From positions 23,994,001-24,058,000 of the forward strand of contig OX597840.1 in the NCBI GenBank assembly GCA_951406725.2: DNA of 64,000 nucleotides. The letters run 5' to 3'. The notes beneath the pieces were generated by a model. That model worked only from the letters and a program-made list of their open reading frames with translations. It did not search any database and had not been told where the DNA came from. Positions 1-12,019 of the stretch are shown here, piece after piece (position 1 is the first letter of the stretch; each line of letters begins with the position of its first letter). Source of the DNA: Octopus vulgaris (taxonomy: Eukaryota). The position numbers were made by a program, and so were the translations under genes.

Positions 1-491
1 GGAGGGAGGGAGGGAGAGAGACGTTAGAGGAGAGGAGGAGAGAGTAGCTGGGGGAAAGAGAAAATAAAGAGAAGAGATGGAGGGAGAGATAGATGAGATG
101 AGAGAGAAAGAGAGGGAGGGAGAGAGAAAGAGAGGGAGGGAGAGAAAGAAAGATAGGGAGGGAGAGAAAGAGAGGGAGGGAAAGAGGAAGAGAAAGAAAG
201 AGATGGAGGGAGAGAAAGAAAGAGAAGAGAGAGGTGTTATCATTGTGTTTCTGTCCACTTTTCCAGACAGAAAATGTTCCGTGGAGATTTCCTACCGTTG
301 CCAGGTGCTCTCCCTGTCAAAAACCCTCCCCCATTTCCAAATAGTCTTCTTACTACTACACAACCACATTGTGTCTCTGAAGAAAAACGACAAAAGAGAT
401 GATGGTCGCAGCTGGCACATGCTTTGACCATCTCTCAACTGGATCGGGATCGTCCCGGGGCTATAAATCTGTAGTTGTGTGCTGTACTCAC

Positions 492-627
492 CATAGACAG
501 TAACTGGTCAATCAAGACGGAATCGTAGGTACTCCTGTTACTGGCCACACAGACCCTCTCCAGTTCAGGACAACTCCACAAGGAACGGAAAAAGGTTTCA
601 TTGAGTTTCATGTTGGGTTGTTCTATT
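492..627 (-). CDS. FBXL18: FBXL18-like coding exon 8 (gene continues beyond window start)
   Basis: cctccacag acceptor (phase 2), ATG|GTGAGT donor. IEQPNMKLNETFFRSLWSCPELERVCVASNRST parallels FBXL18 LEQPYFSANAQFFQALSQCPSLQRLCLVSRSGT. No stop codon is reached in the window. Confidence 0.9.
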
Positions 628-1339
628 CTGTGGAGGACAAGAAAAAAATAAAGAATTAAAGGATACAAAGATACAATAGGGGGTGGTGATGGGGTGGCGA
701 GATGGAGGTGGAGGAGTGTGATGGTATGTATATACAAAAACACACGTTTATATACACACACATATATATATACACATTATACATGTGTCTGTATATATGT
801 ATATTATACACACACACACACACACACACTCATATACATAGAAACTCATAAATATATACACACACATGTATATAAACACCTACATCCAAGCATATATATA
901 AGTACACACACCCATGCATATATATATATATAAACACACACCTATGCATATATATATAAACACAGACACCCATGCATATAAATACACACATACACACCCA
1001 TGCATATAAACACACACACACCCATGCATATAAACACACACACACACACACTATGTTTCATATATTTCATATAAATGAGTAATGTTAGGAGGTATGAGAA
1101 GCGAGTATATATTTGCACATATTAATGCAAACATGTATAAATAATATCTTCCATACTGAAACCAACACTACATGAAGAAGGTTGCGAAACAGCTGTAACC
1201 TTATGGAAGCCACATGGTTAGATAAATATGTATCCACTCCTCACACCTCCTGACTTTATAGTTTTATATATTCCTCACTCACACACACACACACACACAC
1301 ACAAAGATCATTATTATTTTAATTGCCAATGTCTTTTAC

Positions 1340-1493
1340 CTGAAATCTTTCAGCTGTTTGCAGTGGGTTAATGCTTTACATAGGTTAGAATGGTATGTAA
1401 TGTGACCAGGTAAGCCTAGCTGAGCCAGGTGAAGCCTTTCTAAGTGGATGCAGTGTTTACAGATTGAGACCAGACTGGTTCCAAGACGAATTT
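1340..1493 (-). CDS. FBXL18: FBXL18-like coding exon 7
   Basis: cttctttcag acceptor (phase 1), AG|GTAAAA donor (phase 2). SLVSICKHCIHLERLHLAQLGLPGHITYHSNLCKALTHCKQLKDFR parallels FBXL18 ...LSLANLGMMGKVVY...LKHCKRLRDLR. Confidence 0.9.
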
Positions 1494-1863
1494 CTGAAAG
1501 AAGAAACAAAAAAAAAATGGTTTTTGACAAGGAATTGTGGCAGGAGATGTGAAGGTGCTATACAAGCTTTTGTCCTTTTACTAACACAAGGAATGGTTCC
1601 TCTCAGCCAGAGTATTTGTTGACTTGTTGCCCGAAAAAGCTGTTTGTTTTCTGCTCTGTGTATAGGATGTGTAGCAGCCTTCTGAAGCACTTGTGTTCAA
1701 ACGGCTGGATTCTTTGCTCCTAGTCAGCTGTAAGAGTTCAACTCTCACCATCAACAGAAGGATCCAAGTCACCAGGGACTCGTAAACTCTGATTCTTGTT
1801 GGAAAACTAATGAAACTGCTTTTCCATATGGTGTTTAGCTAAGCTGAGTCTTATTGAGATAAC

Positions 1864-2250
1864 GGAGGCACAATGGCCCAGTGGTTAGGGCAGCGGACTC
1901 GCGGTCATAGGATTGCGGTTTCGATTCCCAGACCGGGCGTTGTGAGTGTTTATTGAGCGAAAACACCTAAAAGCTCCACGAGGCTCCGGCAGGGGATGGT
2001 GGTGATCCCTGCTGTACTCTTTCACCACAACTTTCTCTCACTCTTACTTCCTGTTTCTGTTGTACCCGTATTTCAAAGAGCCGGCCTTGTCACTCTCTGT
2101 GTCACGCTGAATATCCCCGAGAACTACGTTAAGGGTACACATGTCTGTGGAGTGCTCAGCCACTTACACGTTAATTTCACGAGCAGGCTGTTCTGTTGAT
2201 TCGAATCAACCGGAACCCTCGTCGTTGTAACCGACGGAGTGCTTCTATCC
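1864..2250 (+). mobile_element. SINE family C (tRNA-like head tggcccagtggttagggcagcggactcgcggtc)
   Basis: A box tggcccagtgg and B box-like gtttcgattccc. Related copies near 15440(-), 23920(-), 33286, 36500(-), 39150(-). Confidence 0.8.
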
Positions 2251-2479
2251 CATTGAGATAACGAGACTCAGTTTAGTTTCGGCTGCCCTTTACTGACCAA
2301 CCCTCATGAAAAATAGGGAATCAACTGATTCCCCACATAAAAGAAAAATGAATGTAACTGACCACATTCCACTGCAAAACATGGAATGAACTGACCGTCT
2401 ACCGTTTAAAGAATGAAAATTTTCTTGTGAATATGATGAAGAATAACACAAAAACCAGTGGAACAGAAATTTAACGAAC

Positions 2480-2568
2480 CTGGAATTCCAGTTAATTGAA
2501 GATAACGAAGGTTTCTCCAGTGACCAATCCACATTAACTGACTTTCATGTAACTGGCGAGAGGGTTCA
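2480..2568 (-). CDS. FBXL18: FBXL18-like coding exon 6
   Basis: atcctcag acceptor (phase 2), CCAG|GTTCGT donor (phase 1). (C)EPSRQLHESQLMWIGHWRNLRYLQLTGIP. Phases fit both neighbouring exons. Confidence 0.82.
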
Positions 2569-2583
2569 CTGAGGATATAATAG

Positions 2584-2714
2584 AAGGGTACTCATGTAGC
2601 AATGGAAAGGTACTTGTAAACAACAAAAGGGTACTCATGTAGCAATGGAAAGGTACTTGTAAACAACAAAAGGGTACTCGTACAACAACAAAGGGAGGTA
2701 CTCATATAACAACA
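2584..2714. repeat. 43-bp tandem repeat
   Basis: aagggtactc at 2584, 2627 and 2670. Confidence 0.8.
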
Positions 2715-3196
2715 TATATAGACATGGTTTAATCATTATCATCATCATTCAACGTCCACTTTCCCATACGTGCATGGGTTGGAGAGTGTGGTTTAATAGT
2801 ATGGTGGCTATTTCTAGCAGGTCAAAAGACCACGTAGTGGCTATCATGCCAGCTCTGATCCCGTAGGCCTATCATCAAACATGTACATATTCCAGTTATG
2901 ACCATCCTGAAGGAACGAGTTCCTGCAGGTTGACCGATCATGTATATATACCCTCACAAGACATTCAAAGAATGAGGTGCCCCTCTTGGTCAACAGCCTC
3001 AACCAAGTGTTGAGCCCTTTTGATATCAATCCACCTGAGACATCCCTGATTCTATACTACAAACTTTTGGTTTTAAGAGGATCTGAAGTAAAACTTTCCT
3101 TCAAAATTTCGCATTAATTTTATGTCTCAAACATCGGCTTAGCATTATGGTTCTGGGTTCAGACCCACTGCATGGCACCTTGGGCAGGTGTCTTCT

Positions 3197-3448
3197 CATC
3201 ATCATCATCATTGTTCGACCGTGGTTGAGACAATGGAATTTACCATGCTACGCCAGACTTCACGGTCCATCATGGCATTACGGAGGTCCTGTTGCTGGAT
3301 GCCTGTAACCCTGGAGATTACATCAGGGTAGGAGAGTGTGCGCCCTCTGGTATCGCGAGTAGATGGCTTCCAGAGGAGGAGAGTAGAAATTACCTCTTTT
3401 TCAGCTCTACAACAATGTCCAGCAAACTGGACTCTCCTACCTTTCACA
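3197..3448 (-). mobile_element. RTE/RTE-X-like LINE 3' fragment nested in a SINE head
   Basis: Encodes RRVQFAGHCCR...MMDREVWRSMV (RTE-type C-terminus). (TGA)n tail. 11-bp TSD aggtgtcttct at 3186-3196 and 3449-3459. Confidence 0.85.
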
Positions 3449-3522
3449 AGGTGTCTTCTACTATATGATAACAAAAGGGTTTAAAATATTTTAAAACAGA
3501 AATATAAAAAGGCAATACATAC

Positions 3523-3725
3523 CAAGCATAGAAATTCTGTTCCCTCGTACACATTCCAAGAACTTTATGGAAAACTGAATAGAAGTTGGGTGTAATGAGT
3601 TCAAAATGTTCCATGTTGGGGCAGCCCTTCACCAAAGTTTCCAAATCTTGGCAGCTGGAGTTGGTTGTTGCACCAGATGAGAGTGAATCAGTGGAGTAGA
3701 GGTTCACATCAGAGGAAAGCTCTGA
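3523..3725 (-). CDS. FBXL18: FBXL18-like coding exon 5
   Basis: cttttgcag acceptor (phase 0), TG|GTATGT donor (phase 2). LETLVKGCPNMEHFELITPNFYS resembles FBXL18 LPFLEHLELIGSNFSS. Confidence 0.87.
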
Positions 3726-4485
3726 CTGCAAAAGAAAGAAGGGGAAAATAATTTTATTCCTTATTGCCCACAAGCGGCTAAACATAGAGGGGATAAACAA
3801 GGACAAAGGAATTGAGTCAATTACATCGACCCCAGTGCGCAACTAGTATTTATTTTATTGACCCCAAAAGGATGAAAGGTAAAGTTGACCTCGGCAGAAT
3901 TTGAACTCAGAACGTAACGGCAGATGAAATACCTATTTCTTTACTATCCACAAGGGGCTAAACACAGAGAGGTCGAACAAGGACAGACAAAGGAATTGAG
4001 TCGATTACATCGACCCCAGTAACGGCAGATGAAATACCGCTAAGCATCTTGCCCGGTGTGCTAACGTTTCTGCCAGTTTTTCCGGGGGAAAATAATAAGG
4101 ATTCCTGGCTTTCACCCAGGTAGTCTAAGGTTTGATTCCTGGCACTATTTCCTGGGCCATAGCTTTTCAGCTGAAATGCATAATTGAATAAAAAAAAAAA
4201 TATTCTAATAGATAAGGCATCTAACTTTGAAGAAGAAGACTGCAAGTTCGTGTTTCATCGTGGTTGACTTGCTGTTTAGGTTCAGGCATCGCTGTGTGGT
4301 TAAGAAGCTGGCTTCCTAAGCATATGGTCTTGGGTTCAGACGAAATATGGCTACACATTTCGCCCGGCGTGCTAACGTTTCTGCCAGCTCGCCGCACTGG
4401 ACTTGACCTGCCATCAAATTAATTAGGTTTTCTCAGTCCCCTAAGAGAGTGTTACATACAATGATGAGAAAAAAGGCCCACTTAC

Positions 4486-4625
4486 GAAGGGACTATTTGG
4501 TTCCATCCATGACATGCGGCGTTTCTTGGCTGGTACTTCATCTAATTTGATATTGAACGTATGTTCTCTGGCATCAGAATGTTTATGGACAACAGCACAG
4601 GATGAGAGAGCCAGGGACTTCAAAC
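4486..4625 (-). CDS. FBXL18: FBXL18-like coding exon 4
   Basis: ctttgtgtag acceptor (phase 1), TTC|GTAAGT donor (phase 0). LKSLALSSCAVVH...NSPF, within ORF 4441..4623. Confidence 0.85.
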
Positions 4626-5518
4626 CTACACAAAGAGAAAAAAAGGGGACATTTGATTATTGATTTCAAATTTTGGTACAAGACCAGCAATCTTAGGGAG
4701 AAGGAGTGCTCAACCAGTATTTATTTTATCAACCCCAAAAATATGAATGGCAATGCTGACCTCACCAGCATTTGAACTCAGAATGTAACACCAGTAGAAA
4801 CGCTATTAACCATTCTTTTTTGCCTGGCACAGTAATGATTCTAATTTGGAATTGATTTATTTGACTATGCTCCAGCATGGCCATAGTCCAATGCCTAAAA
4901 CAAGTTAAAGATAAAAGTCATGCAATGCTGCCTGAAAAATAATAGGTTTATCCCGTGGTATATCACAGGTACAGGCATGGCTAAGTGGTGAGAAGTTTGC
5001 TTCTCAAGTGGCACTTGGGGCAAAGGTCTTCTACTGTAGCCCTGGGCTGATCAAAGTCAGTGGATTTGGTAAACAGAAACTGAAAGAAGTTCGTTGTTTG
5101 TTTGTGTGTGTGGGTTTGTTTGCGCCCCGCCTCCTCACTGCTTGACCCCCTCATCCCGCCATTGTTGGTGTACTTAGCAGTTTGGCAAAGAGACCAATAA
5201 ACAGGAAAAATAATCCAGAATCCCTTATCCGGTATTTTGGGGTTGATCTGGATTAACTCCAAAATCTAGTCAGTTCAGGCCCTGAAAATCTCGTCCTAAT
5301 CCATCCAGCAAAAGAGACTGGGGTTAATTTATTCAACAAAAAATTCTTCGATGCGGTGCCCCAGCATGGCCGCAGTCTAATGACTGAAACAAGCAAAAGA
5401 TAAGATACAATGAACGGACGAAAAATAAGAACTGATTTCTGGAAGAGAAGCAGAAGGACGGGAGAAGAGAAGACAACTCTGGGAGACTTGAGGCATTATA
5501 AGAGGAGATAACTCTTAC

Positions 5519-5675
5519 CAGGAAGCTCGGCAAGCGCATCGCAAATTGTGGTTTCATTGTGACGAAGATAATGTGAGTGGATGCCGCTCAGATTTAAGTG
5601 TGTCAAATGCCGACATGAAGAGATTAATGCTTGTAAACCTTTCAAATCTTCTTGTAATGGATAATTATTTTTGCC
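5519..5675 (-). CDS. FBXL18: FBXL18-like coding exon 3
   Basis: ttacag|GGC acceptor (phase 0), G|GTAAGA donor (phase 1). Translates GKNNYPLQEDLKGLQALISSCRHLTHLNLSGIHSHYLRHNETTICDALAELP, resembling FBXL18 LETLVASCCNLRHLNLSAAHHH. Confidence 0.88.
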
Positions 5676-5924
5676 CTGTAACGAAGGAAAATTTAGATAA
5701 TTAATTATGATTTTACAGCTTGGAGATAAAATAAAAAAGAAACGGAAAAGTGAAAATTAAAAACTAAAAAAAAACCAAATATCAGCGGTTGTGCCCCAGC
5801 ATGGCCGCGGCCTTCGGGCTAAGACATTTTTAAAGATTTATCTGTGGATATGAACTGATAATTAATCCTTAAATAATTCAGTCCTTCCATCTTATCACTA
5901 TCATCATTTTGAGGTCCACTTTTC

Positions 5925-6324
5925 GGATCTTTTTGGATTGACCGGCAGTTTTTTAAAAACACTTTTAAACTTCGTATACTGGTAGAATATGTTTATAAAA
6001 CATATTTTTCTCTTGGCTTTATTGAGAAAATTCAATAGTTTGTAAGATATTTGTTGTTTTTTTTTCTTCAATTTCTGCAATTTCAACCAATCAATGACGT
6101 CTATTGAGGTGAAAACATTCTGTGCCGTATGAATATGTCCCTCGTTTAAGAAACAGATTGGGTTTATTTACATTTGTGAAGAAAAAAAGATACCCTTCCC
6201 CCCACCCCTAACACTAACCCTAAAACAGATTGAAATGCAATAGATCGATACTAGGGTCATAATTATGGGTGACAATTTCATATGACACCACTAGAAAAAA
6301 CTGCCGTTCAAACCAGAAAGATCC
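5925..6324. mobile_element. MITE with ~30-bp imperfect TIRs and 8-bp TSD
   Basis: Left TIR ggatctttttggattgaccggcagtttttt versus reverse complement of the right end ggatctttctggtttgaacggcagtttttt. Flanks cacttttc / cagttttc (7 of 8 match). Confidence 0.75.
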
Positions 6325-7456
6325 CAGTTTTCCATCTTTGCATCAGTCATCCAGAGTTTATAGAAGCAGTTTTTCTACGGCCAGATGCCTTTCCTGTCGC
6401 CAACCCTTCCTGGTTTCCAAGCAAGGTAATGTTTCCTCTCATGGCCAGAAACATTTTAGCAGAATATTGGAAATAAATGACGTTCATTTACAACATGACG
6501 CAATGTCAGGACAAGGAGACAAGAACATACACACACTGATACACACACACACACATACAGCAATCTGCGTATCATATTCCATGCAGAAACATAAGTGTAT
6601 TTGAGATTGGGTTCTGTTTGTCGTTGACCAGCACTTGACAATCAGTGTTAGTTCATTTATGTCTCCGTAACTTAGCAGTTCAACAACAGAGACCAATAAA
6701 ATAAGTACCAGGTTTAAACACACACATACACACACGTGTGCGCTCACACACATGATCGGCTTTCATACAGTTTCTTATTTCTTTACTGCCCAAAAGGGGC
6801 TAAACATAGACGGGATAAACAAGGACAGACAAAGGGATTAAGTTGATTACATCAACCCTAGTGCAAAGCCGACCTCGGTAGAATTTTGAACTCAGAACGT
6901 AACGGCAGACGAAATACCTATTTCTTTATTACCCACAAGGGGCTAAACACAGAGGGGACAAACAAGGACAGACAAACGGATTAAGTCGATTATATCGACC
7001 CCAGTGCGTAACTGGTACTTTATATTATCGACCCCAGTGCGTAACTGGTACTTTATATTATCGACCCCAAAAGGATGAAAGGCAAAGTCGACCTCGGCGG
7101 AATTTGAACTCAGAACGTAACGGCAGACAAAATACCGCTAAGCATTTCACCCGGCGCGCTAAGGTGTCTGCCAGCTCACTGCCTTTCATACAGTTTCTGT
7201 CTAACGAATTCACTCCCAAGGCATGAGTCAGTCCAGGAGTATAATAGACAACACTTGCCTAAGGTGCCAAGCAGAGGGACAGAACCTGAAACCACAGAGC
7301 CACATCTGGAGTCAAGAAGTCCATTTTACAACCAAAATATTCTAAGTTCAATCCCACTGCATGTAGTTTGGATTCATCTCTTCTATAACCTCCCGGAGAC
7401 ACTGTCGAACCACCCGATCCATGGCAACACAAAAGGAGGACATTAAATGATGAATA

Positions 7457-7619
7457 GGTGCAGGAGTGGCTGTGTGGTAAGTAGCTTGTTTACCAACCAC
7501 ATGGTTCCGGGTTCAGTCCCACTGCGTGGCACCTTGGGCAAGTGTCTTCTGCTATAGCCTTGGGCCGACCAATGCCTTGTGAGTGAATTTGGTAGACGGA
7601 AACTGAAAGAAGCCCGTCG

Positions 7620-7664
<45 letters not shown>

Positions 7665-7867
7665 TTGTATGTTTGTCTCCCTAGCATCGCTTGACAACCG
7701 ATGCTGGTGTGTTTACGTTCCCGCCACTTAGCGATTCGGCAAAAAGAGACCGATAGAATAAGTACTGGGCTTACAAAGAATAAGTCCCGGGGTCGATTTG
7801 CTCGACTAAAGGTGGTACTCCAGCATGGCCGCAGTCAAATGACTGAAACAAGTAAAAGAGTAAAGAG
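7457..7867 (+). mobile_element. SINE family A (tRNA-like head, internal (TA)n(TG)n, tail ...gactgaaacaagtaaaagag), full-length copy
   Basis: Head ggtgcaggagtggctgtgtggtaag...gggttcagtccc has A/B-box-like motifs. Approximate further copies: 9954, 10801(-), 18309, 20572(-), 22520, 25580(-), 27622, 30193, 33700(-), 40467, 42930, 43715(-), 47570, 49220, 56823, 58279, 61744, 62715. Confidence 0.85.
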
Positions 7868-8984
7868 TATGATGATGATGATGATGATGATATAAACGGT
7901 GTCCTTCATTTCCAGTCATTCCATAAAAACATGTCAGGTCGTGGGGAAATATGACCTTATTTGGAAATAGGTGAGGGTTGGCAACTGGGAAGGCATTACG
8001 GGGCTGTAGAAGATCTTGCTCAACAAATTGCGTCTGATATTTGCAAGGATGGAAAAGAGATTGTTATGATGATGAGGATGATGACCATGACAGTATTGTT
8101 TGTTGCTTTTTGTATTTTGAGATAGAGTATGGATGGTGGAGAGGGGTATGGCTGCTATTTCTAGCAACTTCAGTGGCAATGAAGAAGTTCTTTTTAACTC
8201 CAAAATACTCCCTGATCTTAATTTTTTTTTAAAAGAATAAAAGAGCGGTGAGAAGGAGAGGGAGGGAGAAGGAGAGAGGGGATGAGAGATGGGGGGAGAA
8301 AAAGAGAGGGGAGGAGAGATGGGAGGAGAAAGAGAGATGGGGGAGAAAGAGAGAGGGGAGGAGAGAGGGGAGAAAGTGAGGGGAAGAAAGAGGGAGGGAA
8401 GGTGAAAGAGAGGGAGAGAAGGTGAAAGAGAGAGAGAGTGAGGATTGTTGCTATTTAACCCTAGGTCAGTCTTGATCCAGTTGACCTATGATCCAAATCT
8501 TCACCCACCCACCCACCCAACCATCCACCCAGGTCTTTTAATCAAACATGGAACATTTCAAACGAAATGCATTATCCAAAAAGAATCCTTCCTTTTTTTT
8601 TTAATCTTTTTCCTTTAAAAGGAAGAAGACTTAGCTGCTATTTCCAGCTGGCGAGGCAACAACCAGGTTAGAGACTTTCTAGCAATTTATGACAGGTTCC
8701 TGTGGCCCCCACCCTACCAACCCAAACCTCCCTGGAGAAAAGAGAGAGAGAGAGAGAGAGAGTGGGAACACTGTATAAATCCACCACATCTTGTTCTAAT
8801 CACATGAGCACACACACACACACACACATATATACACACATATATACAATGGCTGTGTTGTTTATATCTGGTAGTTAGGTCAAGTCATAGATTCCTTCTA
8901 CATCAGGAAACTCCCCTGTACATTCGCCCCCCCCCTCCTCCTCCCAACCAACACTCAGGCCCAACGCTTCCCCCCCCCCACACC

Positions 8985-9493
8985 TCACCATCTTCGCCAC
9001 CACTACCACCACCACCATCCTCCAGTCACCACCACCACAAGCACCACTAACAATATCCTTAGCTACAACCTGCTCCCACCACAACCATGACCACCGCCAC
9101 CAACACCACCACCACCATCACCGCCGCCACCACCACCATCCTCCAGTCACCACCACCACAAGCACCACTAACAATATCCTTAGCTACAACCTGCTCCCAC
9201 CACGACCATGACCACCGCCACCAACACCACCACCACCATCACCGCCGCCGCCACCACCAACAGTGGCAATAACCTCCACCACCACCACCACCACCACCAC
9301 CACCGTCACCTACACCACCGTCACCACCACCACCACCACCAACCAGGACAATAACCTCCACTACCACCACCACCACTACCATAAGCATCATTAACAATAT
9401 CTCCTCCCCCCGTCCCGCCTCCCCCCCACCACCACCAGCTTTGTCATCAACATGACACACCCATTGTTCGCACTTCATGCCCACACCATCGCC

Positions 9494-9524
<31 letters not shown>

Positions 9525-9525
9525 G
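8985..9525. repeat. (CCA)n/(CAT)n low-complexity tract with internal ~121-bp duplication
   Basis: tccagtcaccaccaccacaagcaccactaacaatatccttagctac at 9021 and 9142. Confidence 0.85.
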
Positions 9526-10140
9526 CTAATCAACACCCTATTGTTGTGAACTCAGTCAGTCAGCTGCAAGGTGGGGGGGGGGGGCAGAGGGAAGGGACAC
9601 CAGCTTAATGAGTGTGAGTGTGAGTGAGTGTGTGCATAGGAGTATAAGTGAGTGAGTGAGAGGGAGAGAGCGAAATACACACAGAGTCATTGACACTTAT
9701 ATCTTGTATGCATCTCCCCCACAGAGACACCCCCCCACACTGACATATTCGCTGACAGTTATGTATACACACACACTCAAATGTGCTGACACACACACGT
9801 ACTAATAAACATATGCATCCACTTCCTGACATATATACCCCCCCCCATACATATGTACATACATACTCATAAATGTACGGATACACAGACACACTAATAC
9901 GCATATACATCCACTCCCTGACATGTATACAAAAGCACACATTTATATATATAGGCGCAGGAGTGGCTGTGTGGTAAGTAGCTTGCTAACCAACCACATG
10001 GTTCCGGGTTCAGTCCCACTGCATGGCACCTTGGGCGAGTGTCTTCTGCTATAGCCCCGGGCCGACCAATGCCTTGTGAGTGGATTTGGTAGACGGAAAG
10101 TGAAAGAAGCCTGTTGTATATATGTATATGTATATATATA

Positions 10141-10177
<37 letters not shown>

Positions 10178-10419
10178 CCCCCCCCCCCAACATATATTGG
10201 TCTTCTTATATTTGTTTCAGTCATTTGACTGTGGCCATGCTGGAGCACCGCCTTAAGTCAAGCATATCGACCCCAGGACTTATTCTTTGTAAGCCTAGTA
10301 TTTTATTCTATCGGTCTCTTTGCCGAACCGCTAAGTTACGGGGACGTAAACACACCAGCATCGATTGTCAAGCGATGTTGGGGGGACAAACACAGACACA
10401 CATACATATATATATACAT

Positions 10420-10790
10420 AAGACCTGTTGAAGCAAGTGAAATCAGAATGGAAATCACTAAAAAATTAATGGAATTTGCAGTTGTGACACCAGTGCCGGT
10501 GGCACATAAAGAACCATCTGAACGTGGCCGTTGCCAGGGCCGCCCCATCTGGCGTCCATGCCGGTGGCCCGTAAAAAGCACCAACTGATCGCGGCCGTTG
10601 CCAGCCTTACCTGGCACGTAAAAAACACCCACTACACTCACGGAGTGGTTGGCGTTAGGAAGGGCATCCAGCTGTAGAAACATTGCCAGATCAGACAGGA
10701 GCCTGGTCCAGCCTCCTGGCTTCCCAGACCCCAGTCGAACCGTCCATCCCATGCCAGCATGGAGAACAGAAGTTAAACGATGATGATGAC
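10420..10790 (+). mobile_element. Repeat family B (internal ggtggcacgtaaaaagcacc subrepeats; tail ggttggcgttaggaagggcatccagc...(GAT)n)
   Basis: Recurs at approximately 12170(-), 18510, 21380(-), 24870, 28345, 39530, 42200(-), 42580(-), 57295 and 63780. Variable 5' truncation and a constant (GAT)n 3' end suggest retroposition. Confidence 0.8.
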
Positions 10791-11251
10791 GATACATATA
10801 TACGACAGGCTTCTTTCAGTTTCCGTCTACCAAATCCACTCCAAGGCTTTGGTTGGTCCGAGGCTATAGTAGAAGACACTTGCCCAAGGTGCCATATAGT
10901 GGCACTGAACCCGGAATCATGTGGTTGGTAAGCAAGCTACTTACCACACAGCCACTCCTATGCCTATATCTTGATTATCTTAGGTAAATAAGTTATTTTT
11001 TATTAAACATAACTAGTCTGGGAACTTTTTGATACGACCTTGTGTATGTATATACACAACAAGCTCTTATCAGTTTCTATCTACCAAATCCACTTTCAAT
11101 GCTTTGGTCGGTCCGAGGCTATAGCAGAAGACACTTACCTAAGCTGCCACGCAATGGGACTGAACCCAGAACCATGTGGTTGGGAAGCAAACTTCTAACT
11201 ACACAGCCATGGATGAAGTTTTTCCCTTTATATAAGAGGAGTGTATTTACC

Positions 11252-11291
<40 letters not shown>

Positions 11292-11800
11292 GGTATATGG
11301 CCTAGTAGTTAATGCATTGGGCTACAATTATAATCATGAGATAGTCAGTTCAACTTCTGGACTGGGTAGTAATCTTGACCTTAAACGAGAAACATTCATC
11401 AACAGCAGAGGTTCTCAAACTTCTTAACCCCACCTCATGGCCAAATAACACCCTCAGCGCCCCACCCCTATTTTTATGCATAAATAAATATTTTATATTC
11501 TACTAATTTATATATACTATGAATCATTTGATGTTCAATATAATATTATATAATTTATATACAATACTATAATAATATAATAAATTCATAGTGTACCCCA
11601 ATCCACTGCCTTCCTCCCAACGCCTCCTTTTTCTCTACCCCAGAGTGAAATATGTCACTAACATATTTTAACTAACCTAAATCTCGTTCATTCTTCATTA
11701 CTGCTTGGCACCAATAATGCTGTATCTATTCTAAGTGGTCTGCAAGCACAATCAATCACTCAATGATATTGACCGTTCCAAAATAAAGCTATGGCTTTAA

Positions 11801-12019
11801 CCCTTTAGTATTTAAACCGGCCATATCCGGCCAAAATATTTAATCTGTTTTATGTTCAAACTGACCAGATCCAGGCTCTCACACCTACCCTACAATGTTA
11901 TTCTACATTAAGTAATTACACCATCAAGATCTTGAAGATATGAGATAATGCATGATTAATTCAAATCAATGGGAATCAATAAGCATTATGTTTGATAAAA
12001 TAATTGGAACACTAACGGG
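11801..12019. mobile_element. piggyBac-type MITE
   Basis: TTAA|CCCTTTAG ... CTAACGGG|TTAA. Related partial copies near 39330-39770 and 42040-42136. Confidence 0.7.

Noticed and set aside
240-431. 63-aa minus-strand ORF as the next FBXL18 exon
   Set aside because: No LRR character or good acceptor; resembles decayed repeat sequence seen elsewhere in the window.
1864-1940. tRNA genes at SINE heads (also 7457, 27960, 33286)
   Set aside because: A/B boxes are present, but they continue into repeat bodies found in many copies and I cannot fold a complete cloverleaf.
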